A DNA stretch of 64,000 nt from Malacoraja senta (lineage: Eukaryota). Positions 23,603 through 36,268 of this stretch are shown piece by piece. Below the pieces are notes generated by a model. That model ran no database searches. It was not told where the DNA came from and saw nothing but the letters and a program-made list of their open reading frames with translations. Position numbers and translations under genes: made by a program. Where the stretch lies: NCBI GenBank assembly GCA_038087875.1, contig CM075991.1:8000001-8064000 (forward strand), given 5' to 3'. Each line of letters starts with the position of its first letter. The stretch's first letter is position 1.

Positions 23603-23717
23603 AAAACATTTTTTGAAACGATTCCTACATTAGCTGGGCTGGAGGATTGTGCTGGCACTGTGCATTTTACCAGCATCTGCAGTTCTTAAAAAAACATTTG
23701 GACAAGTACATGGATAG

Positions 23718-23880
23718 GATAATAATAATAATAATAATAATAGATTTTATTTATATAGCGCTTTTCAGGACTCAAAGTCGCTTTACATTGAGAGTCAAGA
23801 ATAAACAAAAAAAATAGAGCAGTAAGACAGAGATGCAAAGGGGAGGGGAACATGGGACTAAGGGTATGCAGAGGTGGCGA
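23718..23880 (-). mobile_element. L2-like 3' end inserted in a CR1 tail
   Basis: (AAT)n then TTTATTTATATAGCGCTTTTC; GGATAGG on both sides. Confidence 0.65.
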
Positions 23881-24080
23881 GGGATAGGTTTAGAGGGATA
23901 TGGGCCAAATGCACGCAGACAGGTGGGACTAGTGTAAATGGGGCATGTTGGTCGGCATGGGCAAGTTGGGCCGAAGGGCCTCTTTCCATACTCTATGACT
24001 CTATAACTCTATATAACCATGGACAAGGTTGACACTGAGACAGGGACTGCAGTTTGGGAAGTCACTGTGAGATTTGACCT

Positions 24081-24293
24081 GTGTGGGAAGGAACTGCAGA
24101 TGCTGGTTTAAACTGAAGGTAGACACAAAAAGGTGGAGTAACTCAGCGGGACAGGCATCATCTCTGGAGAGAAGGAATGGGTGACGTTCCGGGTCTGAAG
24201 AAGGGGTCTCGACCCGAAACGTCACCCATTCCTTCTCTCCAGAGATGCTGCCTGTCCCGCTGAGTTACTCCATCATTTTGTGTCTATCTTCGA
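24081..24293. mobile_element. Penelope pLTR fold-back with hammerhead motif (~24191-24227) and 12-bp TSD
   Basis: GAGATTTGACCT (24069-80) / GAGACTTGACCT (24294-305). Confidence 0.8.
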
Positions 24294-24642
24294 GAGACTT
24301 GACCTACTAGATCATTGGCACATTGACCTCTCAGGATGTTTATGTGTATGTATCAGGTATAGTTCTCTGCAAAGAAAGATAGAGAGAAGGGGAATCGTAT
24401 CCTAACGCAAGCAGTTGCACTAAATTACTCTAATTTCTCAACTTCAAGGATAGAGGCATCACAACAAGATAAGAAGTTCTGGTTCGTAGTTACTTTCAAA
24501 AATCCCTCGTCAGGACTTCTGTGCAGCCAGTAATTGTAAACACTGAGGAGAGGAGAGACTCCAGCACATGATTAACAGTTCTCACTTGAGCCACATTTCA
24601 GTAGCATCTAGATAGCACTTGAGTCATCATGCCATAGAAGGC

Positions 24643-24776
24643 GTTTCAGAAGGAACTGCAGATGCTGGAAAATCGAAGGTAGACAAAAATGCTGGAGAAA
24701 CTCAGCGGGTGTGGCAGCATCTATGGAGCGAAGGAAATAGGCAACGTTTTGGGGCCGAAACCCTTCTTCAGACTGA
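24643..24776 (-). mobile_element. 134-bp Penelope pLTR insertion with 15-bp TSD
   Basis: CATGCCATAGAAGGC at 24628-42 and 24777-91. Confidence 0.85.
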
Positions 24777-25636
24777 CATGCCATAGAAGGCCACAGGCCA
24801 AATGTGGGTAAATGGAGCCATAGAGTCAGAGAGTCTTGCAGCGTGAAAACAGGCCCAACTTGCCCACTATGACCAACGTGCCCCATCTACACTAGTCCCA
24901 CCTGCCTGTGTTTGACTCATATCCCTCTAAACCTATCCTATCCATGTACCTGTCCAAATGTTTCTGCAACGCCTTGATAGTGCCTGCCTCAACTACCTCC
25001 TTGCCAACTCGTTCCATACACCCACCATACACTTTGAGGTCTAAAGTACGAGTGAATTGAAGGTGTGCTCCACCTGTATGAAGGTGGTGTTGGACCACAC
25101 CTGGAGCAATGTAAGCAGTTGTAGGAGCCATCTATGCTTAAGTTAGTTACTGTTAGTACATTATAGCCATGCCTAGATCTTTCTAGTTTTAACGTTTTTG
25201 TAGGCTTGTGGATTTGATCCGTAGAAGGGCATGTGTACATCTGAGGAGGCTGGCGTAGCCACAGAGATTGGGTCAGTTTAGCCTCGAGGGATGGTTGATG
25301 CAACAGTTTTTACCGACGACACCACACAGCTCTAAAAGTTGGACATTGTAAAGTTCTAAAATTGCCATTACAGCAGTTTTGGACACATCTTTGGAAGGGT
25401 ATGTTGGCCTTAGAAGATGCCCAGTTTAGAATGATCAAAATTTCACGTGGATTTGGTTAATTTGCAAAGAGCGATTACACATAATAGTTGTTTTCCTGGA
25501 ATTTAGAAACTTTCGTGATGTGAAGGGAAACCGACAGAGGAGAAGAAAAGAATCAACTTCTACTGGTTGGGGAGTCAAACACTTCCACACCTAGAGTGTT
25601 GCCTGGACCACTCATCCGCAAAGTAGCTCTGCCAGT

Positions 25637-25935
25637 GGGCGGCACGGTGGAAAAGTGGTAGAGTTGCTTTTTTACTGTGCCAGAGACCCAGGTTCGATCC
25701 TGACTCTGGCTGTTGTCTGTACGGAGTTTGTACGTTCTCCCTGTGACCACGTGGGTTTCCTCCAGGTGCTCCGGTTTCCTCCCACATCCCAAAGCCGTGC
25801 AGGTTGTAGGTTAATCGGCTTCTGTAAATTGTCCCTAATATGTAGGATAGAACTAGTGCATGGGTGATCGCTGGTTGGTGCGGACTTGGTGGGCCGAAGG
25901 GCCTGCTTCCACTCTGTATCTCTAAACCTAAAGAT
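25637..25935 (+). mobile_element. V-SINE
   Basis: Full head-to-tail motifs. Confidence 0.85.
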
Positions 25936-26530
25936 TAAACAAACAGCAATTTGTTTGGTTAGTTATTGTTTTGAGTGTGAAATTGTTCGATTTTTTTCGC
26001 CAGCGCTCTGAAGGTTATGGAGAAGGAACAGATAACGGAATGGCATTGTATTTTCTTGAATAGCAGAACTTCCTTGTGAAACATCGTGCTTGTATTCTAT
26101 GCTGGAATAGATATTGTGAGAGGCAGACATTTTGTATTGTGCACCAAAGAAAGACTTACACTATTTTTTTAGGAAAACCTCAAGGAGTTGGTTCATGCTA
26201 CTTGGCACATTTCCAACACTATCGAATGATCATGTAATAATGATCAGAATAATCAAATCTCCATATAGAGAGATACTGTATGGAAACAGGCCATTCAGCC
26301 CATCGATATACTAGTTCTATGTTATCCCACTTTCGCATCCTACACACTAGGGGCAATTTACAGAGGCCAATTAGCCTACAAACCTGCATGTCTTTGGGAT
26401 GTGGTAGGAAACCGGAGCACCCAGGGAAAACCAACTTGGTCACAGGGAGAAAGTACAAACTCTGCACAGCAACGCCCATAATTTGGATCATGCCTGGGTC
26501 TATGACGCTGTATTGGGCCTGTCCCACTTA

Positions 26531-26799
26531 AGCCCTTGTCCCTCTTTCCCGAGTTACTCACAAATTCTCCCGGGTTTTCCCCTTGATTTAAACTCGGAGA
26601 ATGTCCGTAGCGAGTCCGTAGGAGTCCGTAGATATTTCGTAGCGGCTCGTAATGCCAGCCGTAGGTACTCGGGGCATCAGGTAAGTCGGGACCTTTTTTA
26701 CAGCATGTTGAAAAATGTCCACGAGTAAAAAATATAGCCCCCAAGTACCTACGGCTGGCATCTCCGAGTTTGAATCAAGGGGAAAGTGGGACAGGGCCT
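26531..26799. mobile_element. Harbinger-like MITE family D, copy 1
   Basis: TTA TSD (26528-30 / 26800-02); body matches 63559-63857. Confidence 0.8.
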
Positions 26800-26864
26800 T
26801 TAGGCGATTTTTTAAGCGGCGGTGCTGAATTCGATGAATTCCATTGTCCTAGTCGCTGGCAATA

Positions 26865-27616
26865 GCCCTTCGAGCCAGCACCGCCATTCAATGTGATCAT
26901 GGCTGATCATCCCCAATCAGTACCCCGTTCCTGCCTTCTCCCCATATCCCCTGACTCCGCTATTTTTAAGAGCCCTATCTAGCTCTCGCTTGAAAGCATC
27001 CAGAGAACCTGCCTCCACCGCCCTCAGGCAGAGAATTCCACAGACTCACCACTCTCTGTGAGAAAAAGTGTTTCCTCGTCTCCGTTCTAAATGGCTTACT
27101 CCTTATTTTTGAACTGTGACCCCTGGTTCTGGACTCCCCCAACATCGGGAACATGTTTCCTGCCTCTAGCGTGTCCAAGCCCTTAACAATCTTATATGTT
27201 TCAATGAGATTCCCTCTCATCCTTCTAAACTCCAGAGTGTACAAGCCCAGCTGCTCCATTCTCTCAGCATATGACAGTCCCGCCATCCCGGGAATTAACC
27301 TTGTAAACCTACGCTGCACTCCCTCAATAGCAAGAATGTCCTTCCTCAAATTAGGGGACCAAAACTGCACACAATGCTCCAGGTGTGGTCTCACTAGGGC
27401 TCTGTACAACTGCAGAAGGACCTCTTTGCTCCTATATTCGATTCCTCTTGTTATTAAGGCCAACATGCCATTCGCTTTCTTCACTGCCTGCTGTACCTGC
27501 ATGCTTACTTTCATAGACTGATGTACAAGGACCCTCAGATCCCGTTGTACTTCCCCTTTTCCCAACTTGTCGCCATTTAGATAGTAATCTGCCTTCCTGT
27601 TTTTGCTACCAAAGTG
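26865..27616 (-). mobile_element. CR1 LINE ORF2 fragment
   Basis: ORF 26975-27655 ..LHFGSKN..LQLYRALVRPHLEHCVQFWSP..IEGVQRRFTRLIPG. Confidence 0.92.
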
Positions 27617-28477
27617 CAGTTGCCTAAAAAAATCACCTAAGTGGGACAGCCCCATAAAGCTGCAACTCTACCACCGTGTGGGCGTCTGGCTGAAGAATCA
27701 GTCGTGGAGAATGTGAGAGCGAATCCATTACTGGGAAATAAGTAGGGCAGTGAGACAGATGGGACTGCAATGAAAATTGGCTTGGATTTGATAATCCGAA
27801 GGCCTCCACCTGTGTCTTATGAAAATGCAAAATGTATGAACTATGTAGAAAACCAAAATGGGTTTTGCAGAAAAGCCATACCTGTTTAATAAAGCTGGCC
27901 TCCTATTAAAGTTCAATGTTCAGCCACAATATATGAAGCCGAAATAATGATTTCGGAGGAGGGAAGAACTTTAATCGCAAGCATTTTAAACCAAAGGTCT
28001 AAATATGTGTGTGGTGCCAGCCACGTTTCATGTGTTTGTCGGCTTGCTTGGTTCTGCTTGGTTCTGCGGAGGTGTTAACGCATTTACGCTTTCGTTCAGT
28101 AAACGGAGAGGAAACTGCAGATGAGTTAGTAAAGCCCTCCTACATGGTACTTTCATACTTTTATTCCTGCAGTCTTTTTAGTGTTTGGCAATTCTCACGT
28201 TTTCTCTGAAGATAAGGCACAAAATGCTGGGGTAACTCAGCGGGTCAGGCAACATCTCCTGAGAAAAGGAATAGGTGACATTTCAGGTCGAGACCTTTCT
28301 TCAGTCTTCATTCTTTCAACAAAACGCCATCGATGGGGTAATGATAATTCATTGTTCTGATGCGTACATTCCCAGTATTAATTGCCCATGAGAAATTATC
28401 TTTTAGGCATGAAGGAAGTTGGTGTGGTAAAGGCAAGTACAAATGATGTTATTAGGGAGAACTTTTAACAATCTTAA

Positions 28478-28687
28478 ACAGACACAAAATGCTGGAGTAA
28501 CTCAGCGGGACAGGCAGCTTCTCTGGAGAGAAGGAATGGGCGACGTTTCGGGTCGAGACCCTTCTTCAGACCCGAAACGTCACCCATTCCTTCACTCCAG
28601 AGATGCTGCCTGTCCCGCTGAGTTACTCCAGCATTTTGTGCCTATCATCGATTTGAACCAACATCTGCAGTTCCTTCCTACACCTGC
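28478..28687. mobile_element. Penelope pLTR fold-back with 11-bp TSD
   Basis: AACAATCTTAA at 28467-77 and 28688-98. Confidence 0.8.
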
Positions 28688-28842
28688 AACAATCTTAATC
28701 TGGTTAAGATTTAAGTTTATGATTGTCATGTGTACTGAGGTACAGTAGAAATGCTTTGTTTTGTTTCCGAGCCAATATGATGAGATACTGTACATAAATA
28801 TGATCACATCAAACTCAAGTACAGATACAGATACAAGTACAG

Positions 28843-29142
28843 ATAGAGATACAGCACGGAAACAGGCCCTTCAGCCCATTGAGTCCACGCCGACCAGCGA
28901 TCCCCGCACACTCACGGTATTCTGCACACACTAGGGACAATTTAGAATTAAACAAAGCCAACTAACCTACAAACCTGCACGTCTTTGGAGTGTGGGAGGA
29001 AACCGGAGATCCCGGAGAAAACCCACGCAGGTCACGGGGAGAACGTACAAACCCCGTGCAGACAAGCACACCGTAGTCAGGATCGAACGTGGGTCTCAGG
29101 CGCTGTAAGGCAGCAGCTCTACCGGCTGTGCCACTCTGCCAC
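28843..29142 (-). mobile_element. V-SINE
   Basis: Standard motifs. Confidence 0.85.
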
Positions 29143-29684
29143 TGGTATTAAAGGTAGGTTTGTAGGTTCCAAATTCAATCCTCTCCTCAGAGACTTGGCT
29201 GTGAATGAGCAGAGTGGCGTGCCCATGTAGCAGTGAGAAAATGACACCCTGTCGCACAGCGGTCTTTGGGGCGAGGTACCAAATCAAACCCAGTCTGTTC
29301 TTTCTGATGGATGGATGTAAAACATTCCATACGTTGACGTGTGAGAACACTGAGGTTGTTCTTACCCCTATTGTAGTATCCTATTTGTTCTCATTGCGCA
29401 GGAGGAGGCTGTTCGGCCCACTTAGTCCATGCTGGCTCTCAGTACATTCCCCATGTAGTTCCCTGCAAACCTTGTTCTCTTCCACTGATCTCTCCTGATT
29501 CTCCTGCCAGCCACCCTCACTAGGGGCAACCCAAATAGCCAACCCTCCACACTTTTTAGGGATCTGGAGCAGCCGGGGGGGGAACGTCACACAGTCACAG
29601 GAAGAACATGCAAACCATACAGTGCGCAGGAAGGAACTGCAGATGCTTGTTTATACCGAAGATAGACACAAAGTACTGGAGTAA

Positions 29685-30185
29685 AGGGCCTGTCCCACTT
29701 GGGCGACCTAATCCGCGAGTTCTGGTGAGTTTGCCCTTGACTCATACTCGCAGCATGGTCGACACGAGGTCGTAGGAGGTCTTCGTAACTCTCCTTCATG
29801 CTCGAGAGTGGTCTCCGTGTACTCGAGGCCTCAGCTAGGTCACGGCGGTTTTTTCAATATGTTAAAAAATAAAGGACACCATGGAAAAAATCAATACATT
29901 TTTTACTCGTAGGTTGAGTCGTAGGTCGGCATATTAGTTGTAGGTAATCGAGGGTAGTCGAAGGTAGTCGTAGATAGTCTTCATCATGGTCGAAGGAGAT
30001 CGAAGGAGGTTGTCTTCACTCTCCACTATTCCGTGTCCAATTTTCCAGAAGTTAGTCGAAGCTAGTCTTCAACATAGTCGAAGGAGGTGGAAGGTCTTCT
30101 TCATAGTCGAAGGAGGTCTTCAACATGTCATTTTTTAAAACTCTTCTAAACTCGCCAATTAGGTCGCCCAAGTGGGACAGCCCCT
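29685..30185. mobile_element. Harbinger-like MITE family A, copy 2 (501 bp)
   Basis: GGAG-TAA|AGGGCCTGTCCC..GGGACAGCCCCT|TAA-CTCAGC; the empty site GGAGTAACTCAGC is the pLTR consensus, which fixes a 3-bp TAA TSD. Confidence 0.88.
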
Positions 30186-30804
30186 TAACTCAGCAGGTCA
30201 GGCAGCATTTCTGAAGAAAAAGGGTTTTCTCCAAAGATGCTGTCTGACCTGCTGAGTTACTCCAGCACTTTGTGTCTATCTTCGATACAAACTACAATGG
30301 CGATGAGGTGTGAGGGAACCACTGGGGGGGGGGACAAAAGGGGGAGCCGGCATGCTTTGTAGCTATGTCAGTGCCGTAGGTGCCTGCTATATGTGTACAT
30401 TGGGCATGCAAGCAAAGAATCTCACTGTGCCTAGTCACATGGGACAATGGAGGATTCCACTCCAAGACAACACCTGAGGTCAGGGTTGAACTTGTGTCTC
30501 TGTACCTGTGAGGCAGCAGCACTAACCGCTGCGTGCACCACCTCCTTGCTCATTCTGGACATTATTTATCCCCAAACACTGTTAATGAAGCCTGCTGTCT
30601 TCTCACCGTCACATACTCTGCCCTAATCAGCCACCAGATTGTATCAGCCCTCGTTATCCATCAGACCATTTGGGATGTTCGAAAAAGGATTAAAGCGTGG
30701 AACTTTCCTTTAAAGTGTCGCCACAACAATTGGAGAAGAGAAACTTTCATCATCTGCTGCTTAAAGAGGCTGTAAAATGCTTGTGTAGGAAGGGACTTCT
30801 GATG

Positions 30805-31305
30805 TGTAAGAAAGAACTGCAAATGCTGGTAAAAGCGAAAGTAGACACAAAATGCTGGAGTAACTCAGCGGGTCAGGCAGCATCTATGGAGAGAAGGAAT
30901 GGGCGATGTTTCGAGTCGAGACCCTTCTTCAGACTGAAGGTCTCGCCCATTCCTTCTCTCCATAAATGCTGCCTCACCCGCTGAGTTACTCCGGCATTTT
31001 GTGTCTACCTAGGGAACTTCAGATGCTGGTTTACACCGAAGATCGACACAAAATGCTGGGGTAACTCAGCGGGTCAGGCAGTATCTCTGGAGAGAAGCCC
31101 ATGGATGACGTTTCGGGTGGCGACGTTTCGGGACGAGACCCTTCATCAGCCTGAGAGTCAGGGGAGAGGGAGACTCGGAGATAAGGAAAGGTAGGACATC
31201 AAAAGAGATGGGGATCAAGGAAAATGTAGAATAGATTGTTAGCTGAGAACAAAGCTGACAACAGGGATATGTAATCAGGGGACAGTCAGAAGAACTGGGA
31301 AGATG
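30805..31305 (-). mobile_element. Nested Penelope pLTR fragments
   Basis: Repeated GCTGGAGTAACTCAGCGGG..GAGACCCTTCTTCAGACTG blocks. Confidence 0.75.
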
Positions 31306-31404
31306 GAGGGATCAGCCATGATTGAATGCCAGAGTAGACTCGATGGGCCAAATGGCCTAATTTTACTCCTATGACACATATGATCATATGAAAGAATGAC
31401 ATTA

Positions 31405-31610
31405 ATAGAGAGGAGAGTAGAGGAGAGGAGAGGGGATTGGAGGGGAGATGTGAGGAGAGCAAGATATGGGAGAAGGGGAGAGGTGAGGGAGAGGGGGAAA
31501 GAGGAGGGGAGAAGAGTGTAGGAAAGGAGAGGAGGAGTGGGGAGAGGAGAGGGGACGATGGGATGAGAGGAGGGGAGATGGGAGAAGGGGGGAGAGAGAG
31601 GGAAGGCAAG
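31405..31610. repeat. Polypurine (GA-rich) low-complexity tract abutting a Penelope GIY-YIG end (31605-31645, -)
   Basis: ~200 nt almost entirely G/A. Confidence 0.85.
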
Positions 31611-32361
31611 GGTTGCTTAAAGTTAGAGAAGTCGACATTCATGCTTTTCAAGGCAGGGTCTCATTTTCACACCCTGCCTTAGTCAGTAAAATGTTCGGAA
31701 CAGAAGATAAATTGAAGCACGTTCTCCCCTTAGTCCCTTTCATACAGTCGCAAGTGTATCAGACTAAAATGTCAAGTGAAAACACATGAGGATCCTTGAA
31801 AGGAAGAGAATCAGAGGAAGAAATTTGCATGTTCAGTGTATCTAACAGGATTTTAGTTTTAATTGGATCGGTATGAGCTGCCGACTCTCGGCTTCAGCTG
31901 CTCGCTGGGAACGAGTAAAGGACAATTGCCTGGGATTCCCGATATGTCCGAGATTCAGCAGAAAAATCCAGGAGATAAAATGGAAATGTTTACTAAGTCA
32001 AAGGAGCTCTGTGCCGCCTGTTTAGTGTGTGGAGGAGGAATGTCTGTGTGGAGTTTGTACGTTCTCCCCGTGACCTCGTGGGTTTGCTCCAGGTGCTCTG
32101 GTTTCCTCCCACACTTCAAAGACGTACAGGTTTGTAGGCTTAGTTTAGTTTTAGTTTAGAGATACAGCGTGGAAACAAAGTGAGGATCAATTGGTGTCTG
32201 TGCAGTGTTTAGTTTTAGACATACAGATTGGAAATAGGCCCTTCGGCCCAACGAGTCCGCACCGACCACGCACTAACACAAGCCTACACACTCTATGGGG
32301 ACACTTCTACACTTGTCCCCATAGTGTGAATAAAATAAACCCCACGAGAGCTCCTGTGGGA

Positions 32362-32647
32362 GTTTAGTTTAGTTTGGAGATACTGCGTGGTAATGAGCCC
32401 CTTCGGCCCTCCGAGTCCGCGCCAACCCGCACTAGACCTACACACCAGGGACAATTTACAGAAGCCAATTCACCTACAATCCTGCACGTCTTTGGAGTGT
32501 GAGAGGAAGCCGGCGCACCCGGAGAAAACCCATACGGTCATGGGGAGAACGTCCAAATTCCGTACAGGCAGCACCCCTAGTCAGGATCGAACCCGGGTCT
32601 CTGGCCCTGAAAGGCAGCAACTCCACCGCTGCGCCACCGTGCTGCCC
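32362..32647 (-). mobile_element. V-SINE
   Basis: Standard motifs. Confidence 0.85.
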
Positions 32648-33552
32648 CAAATCGCTCCAGCAATTCTACCCTTCTGGGCAACACTAACTCAAGCAGGATG
32701 ATGAAGTGTGTGGGAAGGAACTGCAGATGCTGGTTTAAACCGAAGATAGACACAAAAAGCTGGAGTAACTCAGCGGGGCAGGCAGCATCTCTGGAGAAAA
32801 AGGAATGGGTGACGTGACCCTTCTTCAGACTGAGACTCAGGAGGAAGTAATTGCATATTAACAAGAATATAACAACTGCAGTGGTGGATATTCAGTAGCA
32901 CATAATGCACCTCATCAGTCACCTACAGCAGCAGAGAGAAAGGTTTTGGAATAAAGAAGTTGGTACATGGATGAACCAGGCTTATAAAAATGGACCCTAA
33001 TTAGTGATTACAGTTTTAATTGGATAAGGATGAAATGTCTTGTTTCCAGTATCTGCCTCTGAGCTGTTCACACTATTTTTTTCAAAGATAGTGGGAAACG
33101 GATAAAAGTAGAATACTTCCGATTGATGAATATTTTAGTTGCACGACGCAGCAGAGAAAAATGGAAGAGTTTTAAGAGTCAGTACTGCAAACAGGTTGAG
33201 GAATTGCAAATGTTGATTTAGCAACTCATAGAGTGTTGGAGAGGCTGTGGCTTTTTCCCTCGCTGGGCAAGAAGGAGTATCTCCTAAATTTTTTTAAATA
33301 TAGAATTATAGGTGAAATGGATTCAATTGTGGGAAGTCACGGTGGCACAGTGCTGCCTCTGAGCGCCAGGGACCCTGGTTCGATCCCGACTACGGGTGCT
33401 GTCTGTACGAAGTTTGTACCTTCTCCCCGTGACCTGCGTGGGTTGGTTCCGAGATCTTCGGTTTCCCCCCACACTCCAAAGACGAATGGGTTTGTCGGTT
33501 AATTGGCTCGGTGTATATGTAAATTGTCCACAGTGTGTGTAGGATGGTGTTA

Positions 33553-33656
33553 CGGGCATGTACCACTTGGGCGTCATTTGCACGGCATGCACGCATCACG
33601 TACGCCGTGACGCGTAAATGATGACGCGCAAATGACGCTCAAGTGGGACAGGCCCT
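33553..33656. mobile_element. Internally deleted MITE family C (104 bp) inside V-SINE 33337-33730
   Basis: TTA TSD; the empty site GGATGGTG-TTA-ATGTGCGGG is seen intact at ~44781-44800. Confidence 0.85.
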
Positions 33657-34049
33657 TTAATGTGCGGGGATCGCTGGTCGGTGCGGACAGAGTGGGCCAA
33701 AGGCCTGTCTTCAAAACTAAACTAAATTAAACCGGTTACATTACCTCTGAATTATAGGATCATTCTCTCTCCCTCCAATTCCCCCAAACCACAACCCGTC
33801 AGTAGCAGTGTCTCACAACCCCTTCTTCAGAGTCTCGACCCGAAACGGCCCCTCTTCCTTTTCTCCGGAGATGCTGTCTGAGTTACCCCAGCTTTATGTG
33901 TCCATCTTCTGTTTAAACCAGCATCTGCAGTTCCTTCTAACGCAATCTTCTGACCAGCATGAATTGGGATGAGGGTGAGAACCAGAGGATTCCCATGTGG
34001 TCACAGTGAGAGCATGCAAACATACAAGGACATGCAAGCCTATGAAGGT

Positions 34050-34372
34050 GTCACAATCGCGCAGCTGGTAGAGCTGCTGCCTCGCAGCGCCAGAGACCCA
34101 GATTTGATCCCTACCTCGGCTGCTGGCTGTGTGGAGTTTGCACGTTTTCTCTGTGACCCGTGTGGGTTTCCTCCGGGTGCCACGGTTTCCTCCCACATCC
34201 CAAAGACCCGCGGGCGTGTGCATTAATCGGCACTGTGTAAATTGCCGCTGGTGTGTCGGGAGTGGATGAGAACGTGGGATAACTTGGGACTGGCGTGAAG
34301 GACGGGTGATCGATGGTCGGCGTGGACTCGGTGAGCCGACGGGCCTGTTTCTCGAAACCAAGCTGCGATACA
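34050..34372 (+). mobile_element. V-SINE
   Basis: Standard motifs. Confidence 0.8.
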
Positions 34373-34694
34373 GTGGAGATCCAGACCGCAGAAGCTGTGA
34401 GACAGCGGCACTACCTGAAGCATCGCCGCTCCGATTCCCTCCGTGATATTCGTTATCTATTTCTGATATTTGTTCAAGGAGGGTCCCGGCCTGAAACGCC
34501 GCCTGCCGGTTCCCTCCACAGATGTTGCCCGACCCGCTGAGTTCCTCCAGCACTCGGGCGTTCTGCTCAAGACCCCAGCATCTGCAGTTTCCCATGTCTC
34601 TGATATTTGTCTCTGATATTTGTCTTATGTGATTGCATTTCAACGTTGCCAACTGTTCATGTGATCACTTCTTTGGCGGAGATTAAGAATAGTC

Positions 34695-35551
34695 TAAGTA
34701 AAGTCAAGTATTTTTTTTTATTAGTCACATTTACATACACCCGGGTGTAGTGAAGTGAAATGCTTCTTGCCATTATGCAGCACACAAAAGAAGAGAATAC
34801 AGACACAACACCAAGAGAGTCTTAACACTGAACATCCCCCCACAATGGCCCCCACCATGAGGGAAGGCACAAAGTCCAGTCCCCAATCCCAGTTCACCCA
34901 TAGTCGGGCCCATTGAGGCCTCCACAGTTGCCTCTACGGAGGCCCGATGTTCCAGGCCGTTCTCGCCGGGTGATGTTGTTCCAGCGTCGAGAGAGTCCTC
35001 CCAGCGGCCTGGGAACCCTGGAACGGCCGCTTCCGCACTGGGGGCCGCGGCTTCCGAAGCCAACAAGGCCGCGCCGGTTGGAGCTCCACAACTGGCGCTC
35101 TCATCTAGAGATCCCAGGCTCCTGGTGTAAAGTTCAGCGCCGCCGCCCGCAGCTGGTCGCTCCACAGTCCCGCAGCTCCGCGATGTTTTCCCCAGCGATC
35201 CTCAGCTCACCGGAGCTCCAGCGAGGCGAGCCAGGCAAGGCATCGCCCGCTCCGCGATAGCGCTCCAGCGCTGTGCCGCCGCCGAAGCCGAGGTTCTGGG
35301 CGGTCCCCGACAGGAAACGCCGCTCCAGGCCCCGCTGGTAGGCCGCGAGGACGGGTCGAAGCTGCAGCCCGGAGAAAAGCTGCCTCTCCGGCCAGGTAGG
35401 GACCCTGAAAGGTAGTTTCCCCCTTCCCCCCCCCACACAAAAAAGTCTAGACCTCCAAAACAAAACACTTAACTAACTAAAATAAAAAATAAAAGATGAA
35501 AGGACAGACAGCTGCTGGCTGGGCAGCCACAAACAGGACAGCGCCCCCCTT
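34695..35551 (-). mobile_element. CpG-rich non-autonomous retroposon (copy 2, divergent)
   Basis: On minus: T-rich/G-run leader, GC-rich body, CTTTGTGCCTTCCCTCA motif, TACACCCGGGTGTA palindrome, TGACTAATAAA end. Confidence 0.6.
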
Positions 35552-36268
35552 CTACGCGCTGTCTTCCAATTTTTTTTTTCTCCTGGCTCCATCCAAGCAT
35601 AAAGTCATCTGTACTCGCTGACCAGCTGTCTATATGTTTGACTCTTTGATGAACAACGCAATTCCACCCAAACCCTGCCACTTGTTTTTTTATCCCCTGA
35701 CTGCTGTCACTGTCCTTAGCTCACAGAGGTGAAAGCAACAATTGCCAAATCACTTGGAGGGTTTTTGGAGAAAAGTTGCATTGTTCTTCAAAAGAAAAAC
35801 AGACAGGAGACAGCTGTCCTAAGTCAGGCAGCGAGAGCGACTTTAAAACTTAATAGCTGGGGAATACGTTGCCAATTTTTTTAACGCATTGTTGCGAAAC
35901 GGCTTCTGATTTGGGAGTTGCAGTGGGAGTAGCCTTGACGAACAACAGCAGCGAGCTGTGCGGGAAGGAACAGCAGATGCTGGTTTAGACCGAGGATAGA
36001 CACAAAATGCTGGAGTGACTCAGCAGGACAGGCGGCATCACTGGAGAAAAGGAATGGGTGACGTTTTGGGTCGAGACCCCTCTTCAGACTGAGCTTCAGG
36101 GGAAAGGGAAACGAGAGATATGGATGGTGATGCAGAGAGATGTGGAACAGATGAATGAAAGACATGCAAATAGGTAACGATGATGAAGGAAACAGGCCCC
36201 GCTGTCTGACCCACTTAGTTACTCCAGCCTTTTGTGTCTAACAGCAAGGAGTTGCTCTGTCATGCTTA

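Larger units (their letters stand above)
26514..27654. mobile_element. Harbinger-like MITE family E (inside V-SINE 26268-27680), carrying two nested insertions
   Basis: TGGGCCTGTCCCAC[TTA]GGCGATTTTTT .. AAAAAAATCACCTAAGTGGGACAGCCCCA; flanks TAT / TAA at the SINE GCTG-TAA-GGC site. Confidence 0.75.

Noticed and set aside
31437..31682. G/E/R-rich ORF
   Set aside because: Translation of a low-complexity purine tract.
33894..34652. 252-aa minus-strand ORF
   Set aside because: Spans a Penelope pLTR, a V-SINE and another pLTR; repeat patchwork.
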